A stretch of DNA of 43,614 nucleotides from Chrysochromulina tobinii (Eukaryota): positions 1-43,614 of the forward strand of contig JWZX01003324.1 in the NCBI GenBank assembly GCA_001275005.1, read 5' to 3'. The first letter of the stretch is position 1, and every line of letters begins with the position of its first letter. Below are positions 19,301-30,626 of this stretch, piece by piece. A program made the translations under genes and the position numbers. Below the pieces are notes generated by a model, which was given only the letters and a program-made list of their open reading frames with translations, had not been told where the DNA came from and ran no database searches.

Positions 19301-22300
19301 CTGAGGCCGAGTCCAACGCGGCGGCGGCGAAAGCAAATGAGGCGGCGACCAAGAAGGCACCGACGATGGCGGACATCGAGGCGCAGGTGGCGGCCGAGGA
19401 GGCGGCTGCGCGGGAGGCGATCAAAGATACGATGGATTTGGGAGACATCGTCGTCGAGGTCGAGCTTCAACGTGGCCCCAACGGTCTTGGGCTCGATGTC
19501 GACCACTACCGCAGAGGCGCCACGATTGGGTTCATCGCGCCGGATGGCGTGGCGGCGCGCGACAGCCGTCTGCGCGTGGGGGACATGATCCGCGGCGTCA
19601 ACGGCGTCACCTGCGGTACGTACGACGAAGTCATTAATGTGATCCGTGCCTCGGGCGCCACCGTCAAGCTCACCATCTCGCGCAAGCCAGTGACGAAACT
19701 GCTCGAGACCAACATGCACATGGAGCTGGGCGCCTCGTCCCAGCGCACGTGGGACGAGTTCACCTTCCGGCTGTACTCGAACCGCGTGCTCACCTTTGAA
19801 AAGACGGAGCCGCCGGTCGTGACAGGCGAGATCGACGTGCGGCTGGCACTCGAGGTGCGCATGGTCGATGCGCCCAATGGCGGAGGGTTCCTTGAGATCG
19901 AGACCGCGTCGAAGACGTTCATCCTCCGCTCGGGCGACACGGACGTGCTCAACAAGTGGCGTCGCGAGCTGTACGAGCTGCTGCCCTACCTGCGCGCGAC
20001 CGAAGTCAAGTGTGGCTGGCTGCTCAAAAAGGGTGAGACGAGCTCCGCTGGCTTCAAACCGCGCTACTGCGTCCTCTTCTCTTCGTATCGTCTGCTGTAC
20101 TTTGATTCAGAGGCATGCACCAAGCGTAAGGGCGCCGTCGATCTGTCGGTGGCCCAGTCGGTCGAGTCGATCACGACGGCCAAGGGCCCCGGCTTCGAAA
20201 TCTCGACCCCCGGGCGCACGTGGGTCTTCGCGGCGTGCGAAAGCGACGCCAAGTCGACTGCTTCCGAGACGACCGCATGGATGGACACACTGCGCACGAT
20301 GCTCGGTGACATCCGGGAGCGCAAGCGAAAGCAGCAGATCTCCGAGGGCGTGATGCTTCTCAAGGAGGGGTGGGCCGACCTCAAGGACGAGAGCGGCGGC
20401 GGCGAGGGCGCGTGGGTGGGGCACTGGTTTGCGCTCAACTCGGCGGGCGAGCTGCGAATCTTCCCGGACGCGGAGTCGACCCAGGAGCAGATGGTGCGCC
20501 ACTCATGTTCACGGATTGTCACTGATGGTCTCTGAGTGTCCTATGATTGTCACGGATGGACTCTGTTGGTCTCTGATGGTCTCTGATGGTCTCTGATGGA
20601 CAGGTAGTGGACCCTGAATGGCCTGGATGGCCTCTGATCGCCTCTGATGGACTCCCTCAAGCGCCTCTTTGATGGCCTCCCTCATCACAGGTGCTCTCGG
20701 TCGACCTCAAGTTAATCGAGAGGGTCGAGCGCTCGAAGGGCATGGACTATTACGACTTCTGCATCGACCTGTGCTTCTCCGATAAGACGATCAAGATGCG
20801 CCCGATCGACCGCGGCGACATGCAGGCGTGGCTGGGCGTGCTGCAGACGCAACTCGCGAGCAAGCGAGAGAACACCGACAAGGGCTCGGTGATCACCATG
20901 CTGCATCAGGGCTGGATTGAGAAGCGTAGTGAGCGCGGCAAGGGGAGCGACGCGTGGAAGAAACGGTACTTCGTGCTCTGCACCAAGCAGGAGAAGGAGG
21001 GAGATGAGCTTGCGATTCACCATCTGCTCTACTATTTCAAGTCGGAGGAGAGCGCGGGCGACGTGTCAGAGGCGAATGGGTGCATTGACCTGGGCGAGGT
21101 CGAGGAGGTCAAAAAGTGCGAGAACAGGTTGATCGATCTCGTCACCGAGTCACGCGTCTGGCAGCTGCGGGCTGAGTCGAACAGCGACCAAGAGATCTGG
21201 GTCCGCCAGATCCAATCCAACGTTGGCGACGAGGCGGTCAAGAGCGGCGCGCCGGGCGGCGGCTCCAAGGACCAGCTCAAGGCAGCCGCCGGCGTCGTTT
21301 CGATCGCCAAGGCAGAGATGAAGATGCAGGTGCCCGGCCTTGACGGCCAAGCCTGCTGGAAGTCGGCCAAGTTTGACTTACAAAGCGACGGAGTGTTGCG
21401 CTGGTCGTCGAATGAGGCCCCTCCCTGGGACGCGGGAGCCATCGACATCAAGAAGGCGCTCGGCGTGTGGTTGCTCGGCCCGGCGGGATGGCGGCGGCTC
21501 GATATCATCTTGCCCGACCATCGATGGACCCTCGCGGCTGACGACGACAACCTTCTGCAGAAGTGGATCAAACTGCTCGAGAACGCAGCGCCGGAGAAGC
21601 CGGTGAGCGAGATCCGAAACGGCTGGATGGAGAAGAAGGGCGCGATGGGCGGCGGCTGGAAGGTTCGCTTCTTCGTACTCCTCTCGACGCACGAGCTGCT
21701 CTACTTCGAGAGCGATCGCTCGCCCAAGTGCAAGGGCGTCATCGACCTCAAGGAGGCAACCCAATGCACCCGCGTGGCCTCACCCGATTACAATTATGAG
21801 TTCGCCTTCGAGGTGGGCTCGCCCAAGCGCACTTGGATCCTGTGCCCGGATGACGAGCACTCCATGAAGGAATGGATGGCCGACATCAAGCAGCTGCTTG
21901 GCAAGGCGGGCCAGGCGAAGGAGAATAAGAAGCGCGCCTCGGTCCACCAGCACGGCAACCGCACGTACAACACCGAGGGCGTGGGCGAGGACGGCGGCAG
22001 CGCGGCGCAAGGCAACGGCTCGACGCCGTCGCTCAAGGCAGGATGGCTCATGAAGAAGGGCGAGGTGAACACGGCGTGGAAGAATCGTTATTTTGTGCTC
22101 AAGCCCGAGAACAAGTTCCGAGACCAGCCGAAGACACTATGGTATTATAAGGACCAGGACACGGCGCGCATGGGCAAGAATGGCTCGATGATCGAGGTGG
22201 AAGCGTCGGCGTCGATTCAAAAGGAGTCGGTCGAGGAGGCGGGCAAGTCGTTCGCCTTCGCCATCGTCACGCCCACGCGCAAGTATTGCCTGTGCGCCGT

Positions 22301-22736
22301 GTCCGCAGCGGAGCAGCAAGAGTGGATCACGATGCTTCAGAAGCCATCCCAAAATGAGGAGGTCCTCGACGCCAGAGCGACATCGTTCGCAGCGAGCGGT
22401 CCGCTGGTTGAGGTACACTCCGGATGGCTGCGCAAAAAGGGCCAGGGCCTGTTTGGGACGATGCACAAGCGTTACTTTGTGCTGTACGACAACAAGGAGC
22501 TCCATTACTTCACAGGGGAGTCGATGGAGAACATACAGCGCAAGGGCCGCATTAAGGTCGCGGACATCTCGTGCCTCGAGCGCCTCAAGCCCGGCAACAC
22601 GAAAGACTTCACCTTCTGCATCAAGGAGCCCAGCCGCGATTGGATCCTCGACCCTCTTAGCGGCGCGTCTTTGGAGGAGTGGACAAGTAAGCTGAAGCCC
22701 ATGCTGCCCAACTCGTCCAAGATTGTCAACTTGTGA
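16353..22736 (+). CDS. Unconventional myosin (motor-2xIQ-charged helix-PDZ-8xPH); exons 16353-17427, 17583-18638, 18769-20493, 20691-22736
   Basis: P-loop GESGAGKT, switch I NNNSSRFGK, switch II LLDVYGFE, HFIRCIKPN and converter LGRTKIFFK. IQ motifs LQAYARMFIWR and VQHRARGRKIR. PDZ RGPNGLGL...LRVGDMIRGVNG. Repeated PH motifs GWLxKKG...W. The first splice needs a 1-nt correction (see findings). Confidence 0.9.
17428..17582 (+). other. Spliceosomal intron 1 of myosin (155 bp)
   Basis: ttccag|gtacgc...cttcgcag|gtgtcg. Its translation interrupts the conserved motor domain with non-myosin sequence. Confidence 0.75.
18639..18768 (+). other. Spliceosomal intron 2 of myosin (130 bp, phase 0) with internal ~30-bp tandem repeats
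   Basis: aacaag|gtcaga...ccgctcag|cacttc. Repeats of gatggcctctgatggccactggctgcctct. Joins ISNK|HFALGRTK. Confidence 0.9.
20494..20690 (+). other. Spliceosomal intron 3 of myosin (197 bp, phase 0)
   Basis: cagatg|gtgcgc...catcacag|gtgctc. Contains tctgatggtc repeats and splits a PH domain in frame. Confidence 0.9.
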
Positions 22737-23347
22737 CCCCTCCACACAATGTGAGGACCCTCGGTGAGACATGTGTGCTGACACACGCGCATGCGAGGGG
22801 CTCAAGATCCCTGTGGCCACTGGCCATCGGACAGAGCGAGCGACGGCAGCGGCGCGGGCACGCCGCGCCAAGGTGATGGCGCCCCACAGGGCCACTCTCG
22901 AGAGCGCGCGCTCTCGTTACAGAGCATGCCAGAGTACCATCGGGGGATCGTACCGTACAAGTAAGTGGCGGGCAGGGCGCAGGGGGGAAGGCAGGGCAGC
23001 TGATGTGCAGACAACGAAGGATGATGCCGCGCGGTCACCGCCCGCGCCGCGCGGCAACCGGCATGATTGAGGCATGTGTCGTGTCGCGGTTTGACAATTT
23101 GCAGTGTGTCCGTTACGTACCGCGTTATATTTATATATTTAACTATTACGGTCTTGTACGAACGCGGTCAGTAATGCGAGTATAGAGCCGGGGAGGCAGC
23201 GCATTCCTTTCCAATTCCAATTCGTGACTCTCGTCACTCCGTCCACTCGCCGACTCGCCTCCGCTCAATGCCGATGAGCCTCACGCATGAGTCATCGTGT
23301 GCCAAGATCTCGCCCAATCTCGCCCCCGTTTCCAATCTGGCTCCGTT

Positions 23348-24811
23348 TCAGACCGCGCCCCACGAGTTCTTAAGCCGCTCCTCGATGAGCAGCACACACT
23401 CGCCCGCGGATACACCCGCCGCCATGCGCTCCTGCAGAGCCTCCCGCACGCTTGCATACCGTTGTAGCAACTGGCGTGCTTCGGCATACGCCCATCGCAC
23501 GCGCACCTCATCCTCCGAAGCACTCCAGCCGCCCTGGTCGACGTCGACATCGGCCGTGGCCTGACGCCGGCGCACCGCCCCAAGGAACTGCGGTGCGAGC
23601 GTTGGGTCCGCTTGGAGCAGCTCCCCGCGGTACTGGCTCGCCTCGAGCGCCACGGGCGCGAGTAGCCATATGAGGATGCGGTCGACCAGACGCGGCGCGC
23701 CACCAAGCTTGCGACCGTTGCGCCCGAGCATCTCGACCGGCTTGAATGCGGTCGGTGCGAACGCGCAGCAAGGGAGCCCGAGCAAGTACCCGAGTAGGAA
23801 CGAGGCCGACTCGACCGCACTCTCCCTGATGAGGTCACGAGAGAAGAGACGCGTGGAGCCACGCCCAATGAGCCCAAAGAGCTCGCCCGAGCGTGCATAC
23901 CGGTCGGCGCCCCACGCGCCGCCGAGCAGGACGGCCACGAGAGGCAGCGGCGGTGCCGCGACGTCGCCGTCCAGCACGTGCGCCAGCTCGAGGATGAGCA
24001 CGGCGCCAAGCCCGAGGCACAAGGCAGCAGCTGCGCCAACCTCCACCCCACGCTCATCCGAGGGAACTTTGGCGAGCCGCTCGAAATCTCGATTGGAAGA
24101 AGGCCGGTCCGATATGCGTAGCTGCGGCGTCGCAAAGCTGCGGCATGCTCCGTTCTCACGCGCGCCGGCCAATGAATCCGTGAGGACCTCAATGCCGCCA
24201 GCGCCGACGGCAGCATCGACCAACGCCTTGACGGCCGCACCGCTCATCGTGATCTGCTTGGCGCTCATTTCGCTGACGAGCTCGAGGACGTACGCCGCAC
24301 CTTGCAAACCATCCTTTTCTTTCGCGAGCAATGACAAGAGCACTGCATTGTACTTCTCTTCCGCTGGCAGCGATTCGAGGACCTGCTCGAGTGCACTGCC
24401 GCCAAATGCTCCTTGCAGCGCTAAGGCTGGAGGCGGCGAGGGCATCGGTGGTGGTGAAGGCGACGGAGGGCCCGAAGCCAACATTGCGATGGCAGTATTG
24501 TGCCGGCGGCGTCGAGAGGTTGATGAAGGCAGTGCTACTGACGGCGGCATGGACTGCATTTCCATATTTGAGAGCAAGGCCATCCGAGGCTGAAGGCTGC
24601 TGGAGGCTTTTCCGAGAGCGTACTCGGCAGGAGAGCTGGCAGGGCGCGATGATCGATCATCGTAGGCTGCATGTGGCAGGAAACCTGGGCTGCGCACCAG
24701 AGGCACGCAAGGCCCCAAACTGCCGAGCATCCCGAAGCGCAATTGCGGTGTGAGCCAGGTCTGGAGCTCGACTTCCCTTACGCCGGTCCTGTGAATGCTG
24801 ATGTGAAGCAT
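23348..24811 (-). CDS. M41/FtsH-protease-domain-like membrane protein (plant/cyanobacterial VIR3-like family), zinc motif degenerate
   Basis: Two hydrophobic helices, then LFSRDLIRESAVESASFLLGYLLGLP (family consensus HEAGHFLVAYLLGLP) and a C-terminal VRWAYAEARQLL...LQERMAAGVSAGECVLLIE. Start codon uncertain. Confidence 0.6.
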   Translation of the reverse strand: MLHISIHRTGVREVELQTWLTPQLRFGMLGSLGPCVPLVRSPGFLPHAAYDDRSSRPASSPAEYALGKASSSLQPRMALLSNMEMQSMPPSVALPSSTSRRRRHNTAIAMLASGPPSPSPPPMPSPPPALALQGAFGGSALEQVLESLPAEEKYNAVLLSLLAKEKDGLQGAAYVLELVSEMSAKQITMSGAAVKALVDAAVGAGGIEVLTDSLAGARENGACRSFATPQLRISDRPSSNRDFERLAKVPSDERGVEVGAAAALCLGLGAVLILELAHVLDGDVAAPPLPLVAVLLGGAWGADRYARSGELFGLIGRGSTRLFSRDLIRESAVESASFLLGYLLGLPCCAFAPTAFKPVEMLGRNGRKLGGAPRLVDRILIWLLAPVALEASQYRGELLQADPTLAPQFLGAVRRRQATADVDVDQGGWSASEDEVRVRWAYAEARQLLQRYASVREALQERMAAGVSAGECVLLIEERLKNSWGAV

Positions 24812-25197
24812 TCATCACACCAAAATTTCACCAGCGCGATACGCAGCTGCTGTGCTCACACACGCGACGACACATGGGCTCACTTGTAAACAGCTGTAAT
24901 GTAGAGGAACGTGAGGCTCGAGGTTTGCTCGAAGTGCCGGGCGAGCGCGACCGTTTCAGCCACCTCACCCCCGATCGGATGCATCTCACCGGGTTGCTTG
25001 TCTGCGCTCTCATGCGTACACTGCATCGGTGGCGCGGGCAACGGCTAGGCGCCAGTCGCTCGTGCCAACCCTCGCATCATGCTTACACAGTACGTGCGCG
25101 CCAAGGTGGGCGCCCTCGGCCTACTATCGCGCACCCATGCGGCGCCCGCCTCAACGCCACCGGCCCTCCGATGACAAGGATCGAGAGACCAGCTTCC

Positions 25198-28100
25198 TCA
25201 ATCGCTCCCCACGAACTCTGAGTCGTCGTCGTCGTCCTCGGCGAGCACCGCCTTCGCCTTTTGGCTCGCCTTGGCAGCTGCCGCGCGCCCAGGACGCGAT
25301 GAGGCCGCGCGCGGCGCCACCTCCTCCTCATCTTTATAGTCGTCGTCGTCGTCGTCGTCGTCCGAGGCCGCCTTCTTTGCCTTCGGCTTAGGAGGCGCCT
25401 TCGGCTTCGGCGCCGGCTTGGGTGCCACCGGCTTCGGCGCGGCCTTGGGCGGCGCCTTCTTGGCTGCCACGTAGTCCTCTTCGTCGCCCTCCTCCTCGTC
25501 GTCCGAAACATCCACATACTTGGACTTAGGCACGTGCTTGGGTGCGGCCTTCTTGGCTGGCACGTACTCATCCTCGTCGTCTTCGTCGCCGAGCGACGAG
25601 GGCGGCTTCCACACCGCTTCCGTCTCCTTAGGAGGCGCCTTCGGCTTCGGCGCCGGCTTGGGTGCGGCCGGCTTGGGCGCAGCCTTGGACGGCGCCTTTT
25701 TGGCTGGCACGTAGTCCTCCTCGTCATCCTCCTCGTCGTCGTCCAAAACCTCCACATACTTGGACTTGGGCGCCGCCTTTGCCGCTGGGGGCGGCGCCGG
25801 CGCCTTGGGGGCCGTGGGCTTGGGTGCCCCCTTCGCCTTCGCCTTGGGCTTCTCTTCGACGAAATCGTCATCGCTGTCCTCCTCCTCGCTAAACTCGGCC
25901 TCCTCGTCGCTGTCGTCGCTGCCCATCTCGTCGTCGTCCTCCTCCTCGTCCATGCCAGCAAAGCTGGTAACTGCCGTCGCACGCTTGGCGCGCCCGAGAG
26001 CCAGCGCGGGCGACGGTTTCGAGCATGCGCGCTTGACCACCGGACGCGCAGCAGGCGAGGGACCTGCCTCGTCCATCGCGTCCGAAACGTCGCCGCCGTC
26101 GCCGAGCGACGAGGGCGGCCTCCACGCCGCCTCCGCCTCCTCCTTCTTGGCCTTCGAGGCGGCGGGGGCTTTGCGCTTGGGCGCCGCTGCGGGCGCCACG
26201 ACTGGCGCGTCTTCGCCGTCCAGCTCGGCGTCTTCGTCGCTGCCCTCCTCCTCCTTGCCTGCCTTGGCGGCAGTGGGCGCCTTGCGCTTCGGTGGTGGCG
26301 GCGCGGCCGGCACGGGCACGACCACCGACATGGTTGCCGACGGCGGCGGCGGTGGCGGCGTCGGCGCCCTCGATGCGCCCTTGGGTGGTGCAGCCTTCTT
26401 CTTCTTCGGCTTCGCATCCCAGTCGTCGTCATTGTCGTCCTCCATGAAGTCGTCGACCTCCTCGTCCTCCGACAACTTCGCCTTGGACGCTGCCTTGGGC
26501 GCCGGCGCTTTCGCCTTGCCGCCCTTCTTAGGCGCGGGTCCACCCGCCTCTTCGGCGGCGATCTGCGCCTCCCAAGTAGAATACGCCTCCAGGAACGCAT
26601 CGAGGTCCGTCGTCCACAGCTGTTTGGGGGTCGTGGCCAGCAGCGCCTGCAGCTCCGTCTCCTTCGCGCGCAGCTCGTTGCGCAGCTGCTCGACCTTCTC
26701 GGCTGTGAGCGACCAGAGCGGCATCGAAAGCAGGTAGTCGTAACCGCGCGCCGCGCTCGCCTTCGCGGCAGCCGCCGCGCCCGTCTTCTCGTCCACGTTT
26801 ACGGTGGTGTCCTCCTCGTCCTCGTCCTCGTCGTCGCCGCCCGCGCGCTTCTTCTTGAGCACTGGCTCGAAGCGCTTGTACCCCATCTTGTCGAGCGTCG
26901 CGACGAGAACCTCCTTCTTGACGTTCGAGATCTTGAGCTCGCCCGAGATCACGGCCGAGATGAAGCGCGTCCGGTTGTCGAGCTTGTCAAACTCGGCCGT
27001 GAGCTTCTCGGCCAGGTGCAGCTTGCGCTTCTCGTAGTAGCTCAGCCGGAGCTCGTAAAACGACGCGAGGATCGAGGCGACGCTCTCGTGGCGGTGGATG
27101 CGCCCCTGCTCGTCGAAGAGGGTCAGGTTCGTCATCGAGATCGTCGAGCTCAGCTTGAGCTGCTTGTGCAGCTGCCCTTTGGCCTCCGCCTCCTGCAGCG
27201 GCGCCGCCGTGAGGTATCTGAGCGTGAAGGACACCTTCGTGTCCGTGTGGTACTCGCGCACGTCGTCGAGCAGCTGCTCGACCTTGGCGCCCTTGGCGTC
27301 CTTGTCCTTGTCGGCCGCCGCCACGCCGGTGAGCATCGGCTCGAGCACTTTGTCCTTGTACTCCTGCGTCCAGGTGCGCACGGGCAGCTCCGAGATGTGG
27401 AGCACACGCTCGTCGGACGCGTCCTTAGCCACCGTGCCGTACGTGATGAAGGATCCACGATTGTCGGGCACGATGACGCCATTGAAGCCGCGGTACCACG
27501 GGCTCATGAGGTGCGGCTCTTCGCCGGCCATCATGCGCTTCAGGTTGGCGATCACGTCCCTTGGGTTGTGCTGGGGCACCGATGAACTCCAGCCGGTACC
27601 GATGCCGTCCGATCCGTTGATCAGCACGAGCGGCAGGATCGGCACGTAGAACATGGGCTCGATCGACATGCCGTCGTCCTGCAGGTAGTCGAGGAGCGCG
27701 TCGTCGTCGGGGTGGAAAAGCATCCGCGTGAGTGCGGGCAGCTTCGTGAAGATGTAACGGGGCGAGGCAGAGTCCTTGCCGCCCTGCAGGCGAGTGCCGA
27801 ACTGGCCCGCAGGGTGGAGCAGCGGCAGGTTGTTCGAGCCGACGTACGTCTGCGCCATGCCGATGATCGTGCTCGCGAGAGACTGCTCGCCATGGTGATA
27901 CGCCGAGTGCTCCGAGACGTAGCCCGCGAGCTGCGCCACCTTGATCTCGTTCTTGATGAGCGACTTGCCGCGCTTGAAGCACGCGAACATGATCTTGCGC
28001 TGTCCCGGCTTGAGCCCGTCCACCACGGAAGGGATGGAGCGCACGTTGTCCGCGTTCGAGTAGTGGATGAGCTCCTTGTCGACAAAGTCGGAGTACGAGA

Positions 28101-30258
28101 TCGTCGCGAGCGAGTGGTCGACGTACACGGCTGGATTGTACCCGCGCAGCCACTCCTTGCGCTCGTCGGCCTTTGACTTGGCAAAGGCGCGCTCGATGAG
28201 CTCGCTCGCTACCTCGCCTTCCCACTCGAAGGTGAGCTCGTGGCGAGGCAAGTCCGAAAAGTACTCCTTGGCCTCCTGCGAGGTCGAGGTGCCAAGCCCT
28301 TTGTAGTACTTGATCGTGTACGCCGATGCCGCGCCGCCGAGTGAGCGCCGCCACGCCTCGTACTCCATGAGCGTGAAGAAGGGCGTCGACTGCCGGTTGC
28401 GACTTACCTTGACGATGGGCGTGACGAACTCGCGCAAAAAGTCGCCCGAATGGAGCAGCGAGGGCCAGTACACATGCAGAAAGTTGATGATCAGACCCTT
28501 GATGTGCGAGCCGTCGTGGTCCTGGTCGGTCATGATCATCAGGTGGCCGTACCGAAGCGTCTTGCGCGACGCCGGGTCCGAGTAGTCCTTGCCCTGCTGC
28601 AGCCCGATGATCTGCTTGAGCTCGGAGATCTCCTTGTTGTTCATGATCGTTGAGTGCGGCGCGTCGCGCACGTTGAGGAGCTTGCCACGCAGCGGGAAGA
28701 CGCCATAGTAGTCGCGTCCGATGACCGCGAGCCCAGAGACCGCAAGCGCCTTGGCAGAGTCACCCTCGGTGATGATCAGCGTGCACATGTGCCCGTTCCG
28801 GCCGCCCGCCTCGTTGGCGTCGTCGAGCTTTGAGATGCCGGTCAGACGCGCCTTTTTCGCGCCGTCGGTTTTTTTGAGCTCCTTGTTCTGCTTCGACTGC
28901 GCGAAGGCGAGGATCGAGTCGATGACGCCGCAGCTCTGCACATCCTTGAAGAACTTGTCCGAGGGCGCGCACTTGGAGCCGAAGGCGCTCTGCTTGAGCG
29001 TCATGAACTCCTTCGTCTGCGAGTCGAAGGCGGGGTTCTCGATCTGGCAGTTGATGAAGAGCTTGAGGTGGTTCTTGACATGCATCGGCTTGAGCACCTT
29101 GTCCATCCCCTTGTGTTTCTTCTTGATGAACTCGAGCAGCCGGTCGACCACCTGCTCCGCAACGTGGTCAACGTGCTTGCCGCCCTTGGTCGTCGCGATC
29201 GAGTTGACGAAGCTGAATTGCTGGAAGCCGTCGTCACTGGGCGCGATCGCCACCTCCCACCGATCGGACACTCGCTCGAAGACTCGGGGCAGAGCGCCCG
29301 GAACAGATTTGGAGCCGAGAAACAGGTCGACGTAGTTGGAGAAACTCTTGACCGCGAGCTGCTTGCCGTTCAGGTGTACCTGAAGAGGGAGGCGATCAGC
29401 CGCACTCAGGGAGGCGGCCTGAGGCAATCATGAGCTACTTGCCGTGGATGCACTCAGAGTGGCGGCACTCACCTTGACGCGCGCGACGCCCGCCAGGTCG
29501 TAGGCACGCCGTTCGAAGAGCGCGCAGTGATCCTCATCGAGCTCCGACAGGCCGAACTTGGCGAGGTCGGGCGTCCACGTGATGCGTGTAAAGTCAGTCG
29601 CGCCCTCCTTCAGGTCAGTGATCGTCGGCTTGCCCACATCCTTCATGTTGTCCTTGAAGACCTGCCGGAAGAGCTTGCCGTTGGATGTGTCCGCCGTCTC
29701 GACGATGAACTCGGTCGAGAAGATGTTGGCGAGCTTGGCGCCGTAGCCGTTGCGACCGCCGGTGAGCTTCTTCTCGCCGTCGTTGAAGTTCGAGCCCGCG
29801 AGCAGATGGCCGAAGATGAGCGTCGGCACGTACACCTGATGCTCCTTGTGCATGACGATCGGAATGCCTTTGCCATCGTTTTCGACAGACAGGCGACCCT
29901 TATCGCGCTCGACCTTGATCTTGATGTACGTCTGCGAGTCATCGCGCACCTTGTTATCGGCTGCGTTGACCACGATCTCATCGAAGCACTTGTAAAGGCC
30001 CGGCACGTATGTAAGCTTGCGCACCTCCATGCGCTGCGTCTCAGCGTGGAGCACGTGCATCTCGGAGGTGACCGATTCGATGGAGCCGACGTACGTGTCC
30101 GGGCGCTGCAGGATGTGCTGGTGCTGCGTCAGCTTCTGATAAGTGTCCTCAATGGTCGCGTTGCCCGCTGGCGCTTTGGTCGCCGCCGGCGCAGCTGGGA
30201 CTGCCGGCGCATTGACTGAGAGCGTGTCGGCCGGTGCGAGCGCCTTCTTTGGAGGCAT
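25198..30258 (-). CDS. TOP2: DNA topoisomerase II (type IIA); exons 30258-29473 and 29379-25198 (1655 aa)
   Basis: GHKL motifs DEIVVNAADN and GGRNGYGAKL. TOPRIM motifs TEGDSA, PLRGKLLNV and DQDHDG. Also DGLKPGQRK, catalytic ASPRY and a long K/D/E/P-rich tail. Confidence 0.97.
25387..25770 (-). repeat. ~144-bp internal duplication in the TOP2 C-terminal tail (25387-25530 and 25627-25770)
   Basis: Both copies encode PKSKYVxVxDDxEExDEEDYVxAKKAPxKAAPKPxAPKPAPKPKAPPK; period 240 bp. Confidence 0.9.
29380..29472 (-). other. Spliceosomal intron of TOP2 (93 bp, phase 0)
   Basis: Minus strand gtcaag|gtgagt...ccctcttcag|gtacac. Contains an in-frame stop and joins ARVK|VHLNG. Confidence 0.92.
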
Positions 30259-30626
30259 TGGGTTTCACGCGAGCGCAGAGCAGCAGCTGGAGGCGAGCTT
30301 GGCGGAAGGCCCTGCGTGCAATTGGGATGATGGTGAGGGAGTGCACAGGGAGGGCGCGGAAGGAGGGTCGCATAAACACCTTCTCAGTCTGAAGTGTTTG
30401 AGTGAGCGAGGCGCGAAGCCGCGTTCTCGTCTGACATCCAAGTCAAGTCAAGTTAAAAAGGAGGCCCCTAGGCACTCCCTAGGCTGCAGGGTGGGAAAAA
30501 TTAGCTTGCGTGCGTCGGTGGGTCTTTTACGGGCGTACGAGAAAACACATCACTTTGCCACGCCACACTGCAACATTGTTCCGCTTACATGGCTTCACGA
30601 CTACACAATGACATTGTTTCTGGCCT

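Noticed and set aside
25083..27585. Long overlapping ORFs (25534..27585 +, 25083..26600 -)
   Set aside because: These are shadow frames of GC-rich TOP2 coding sequence, with Arg/Leu-rich translations and no motifs.
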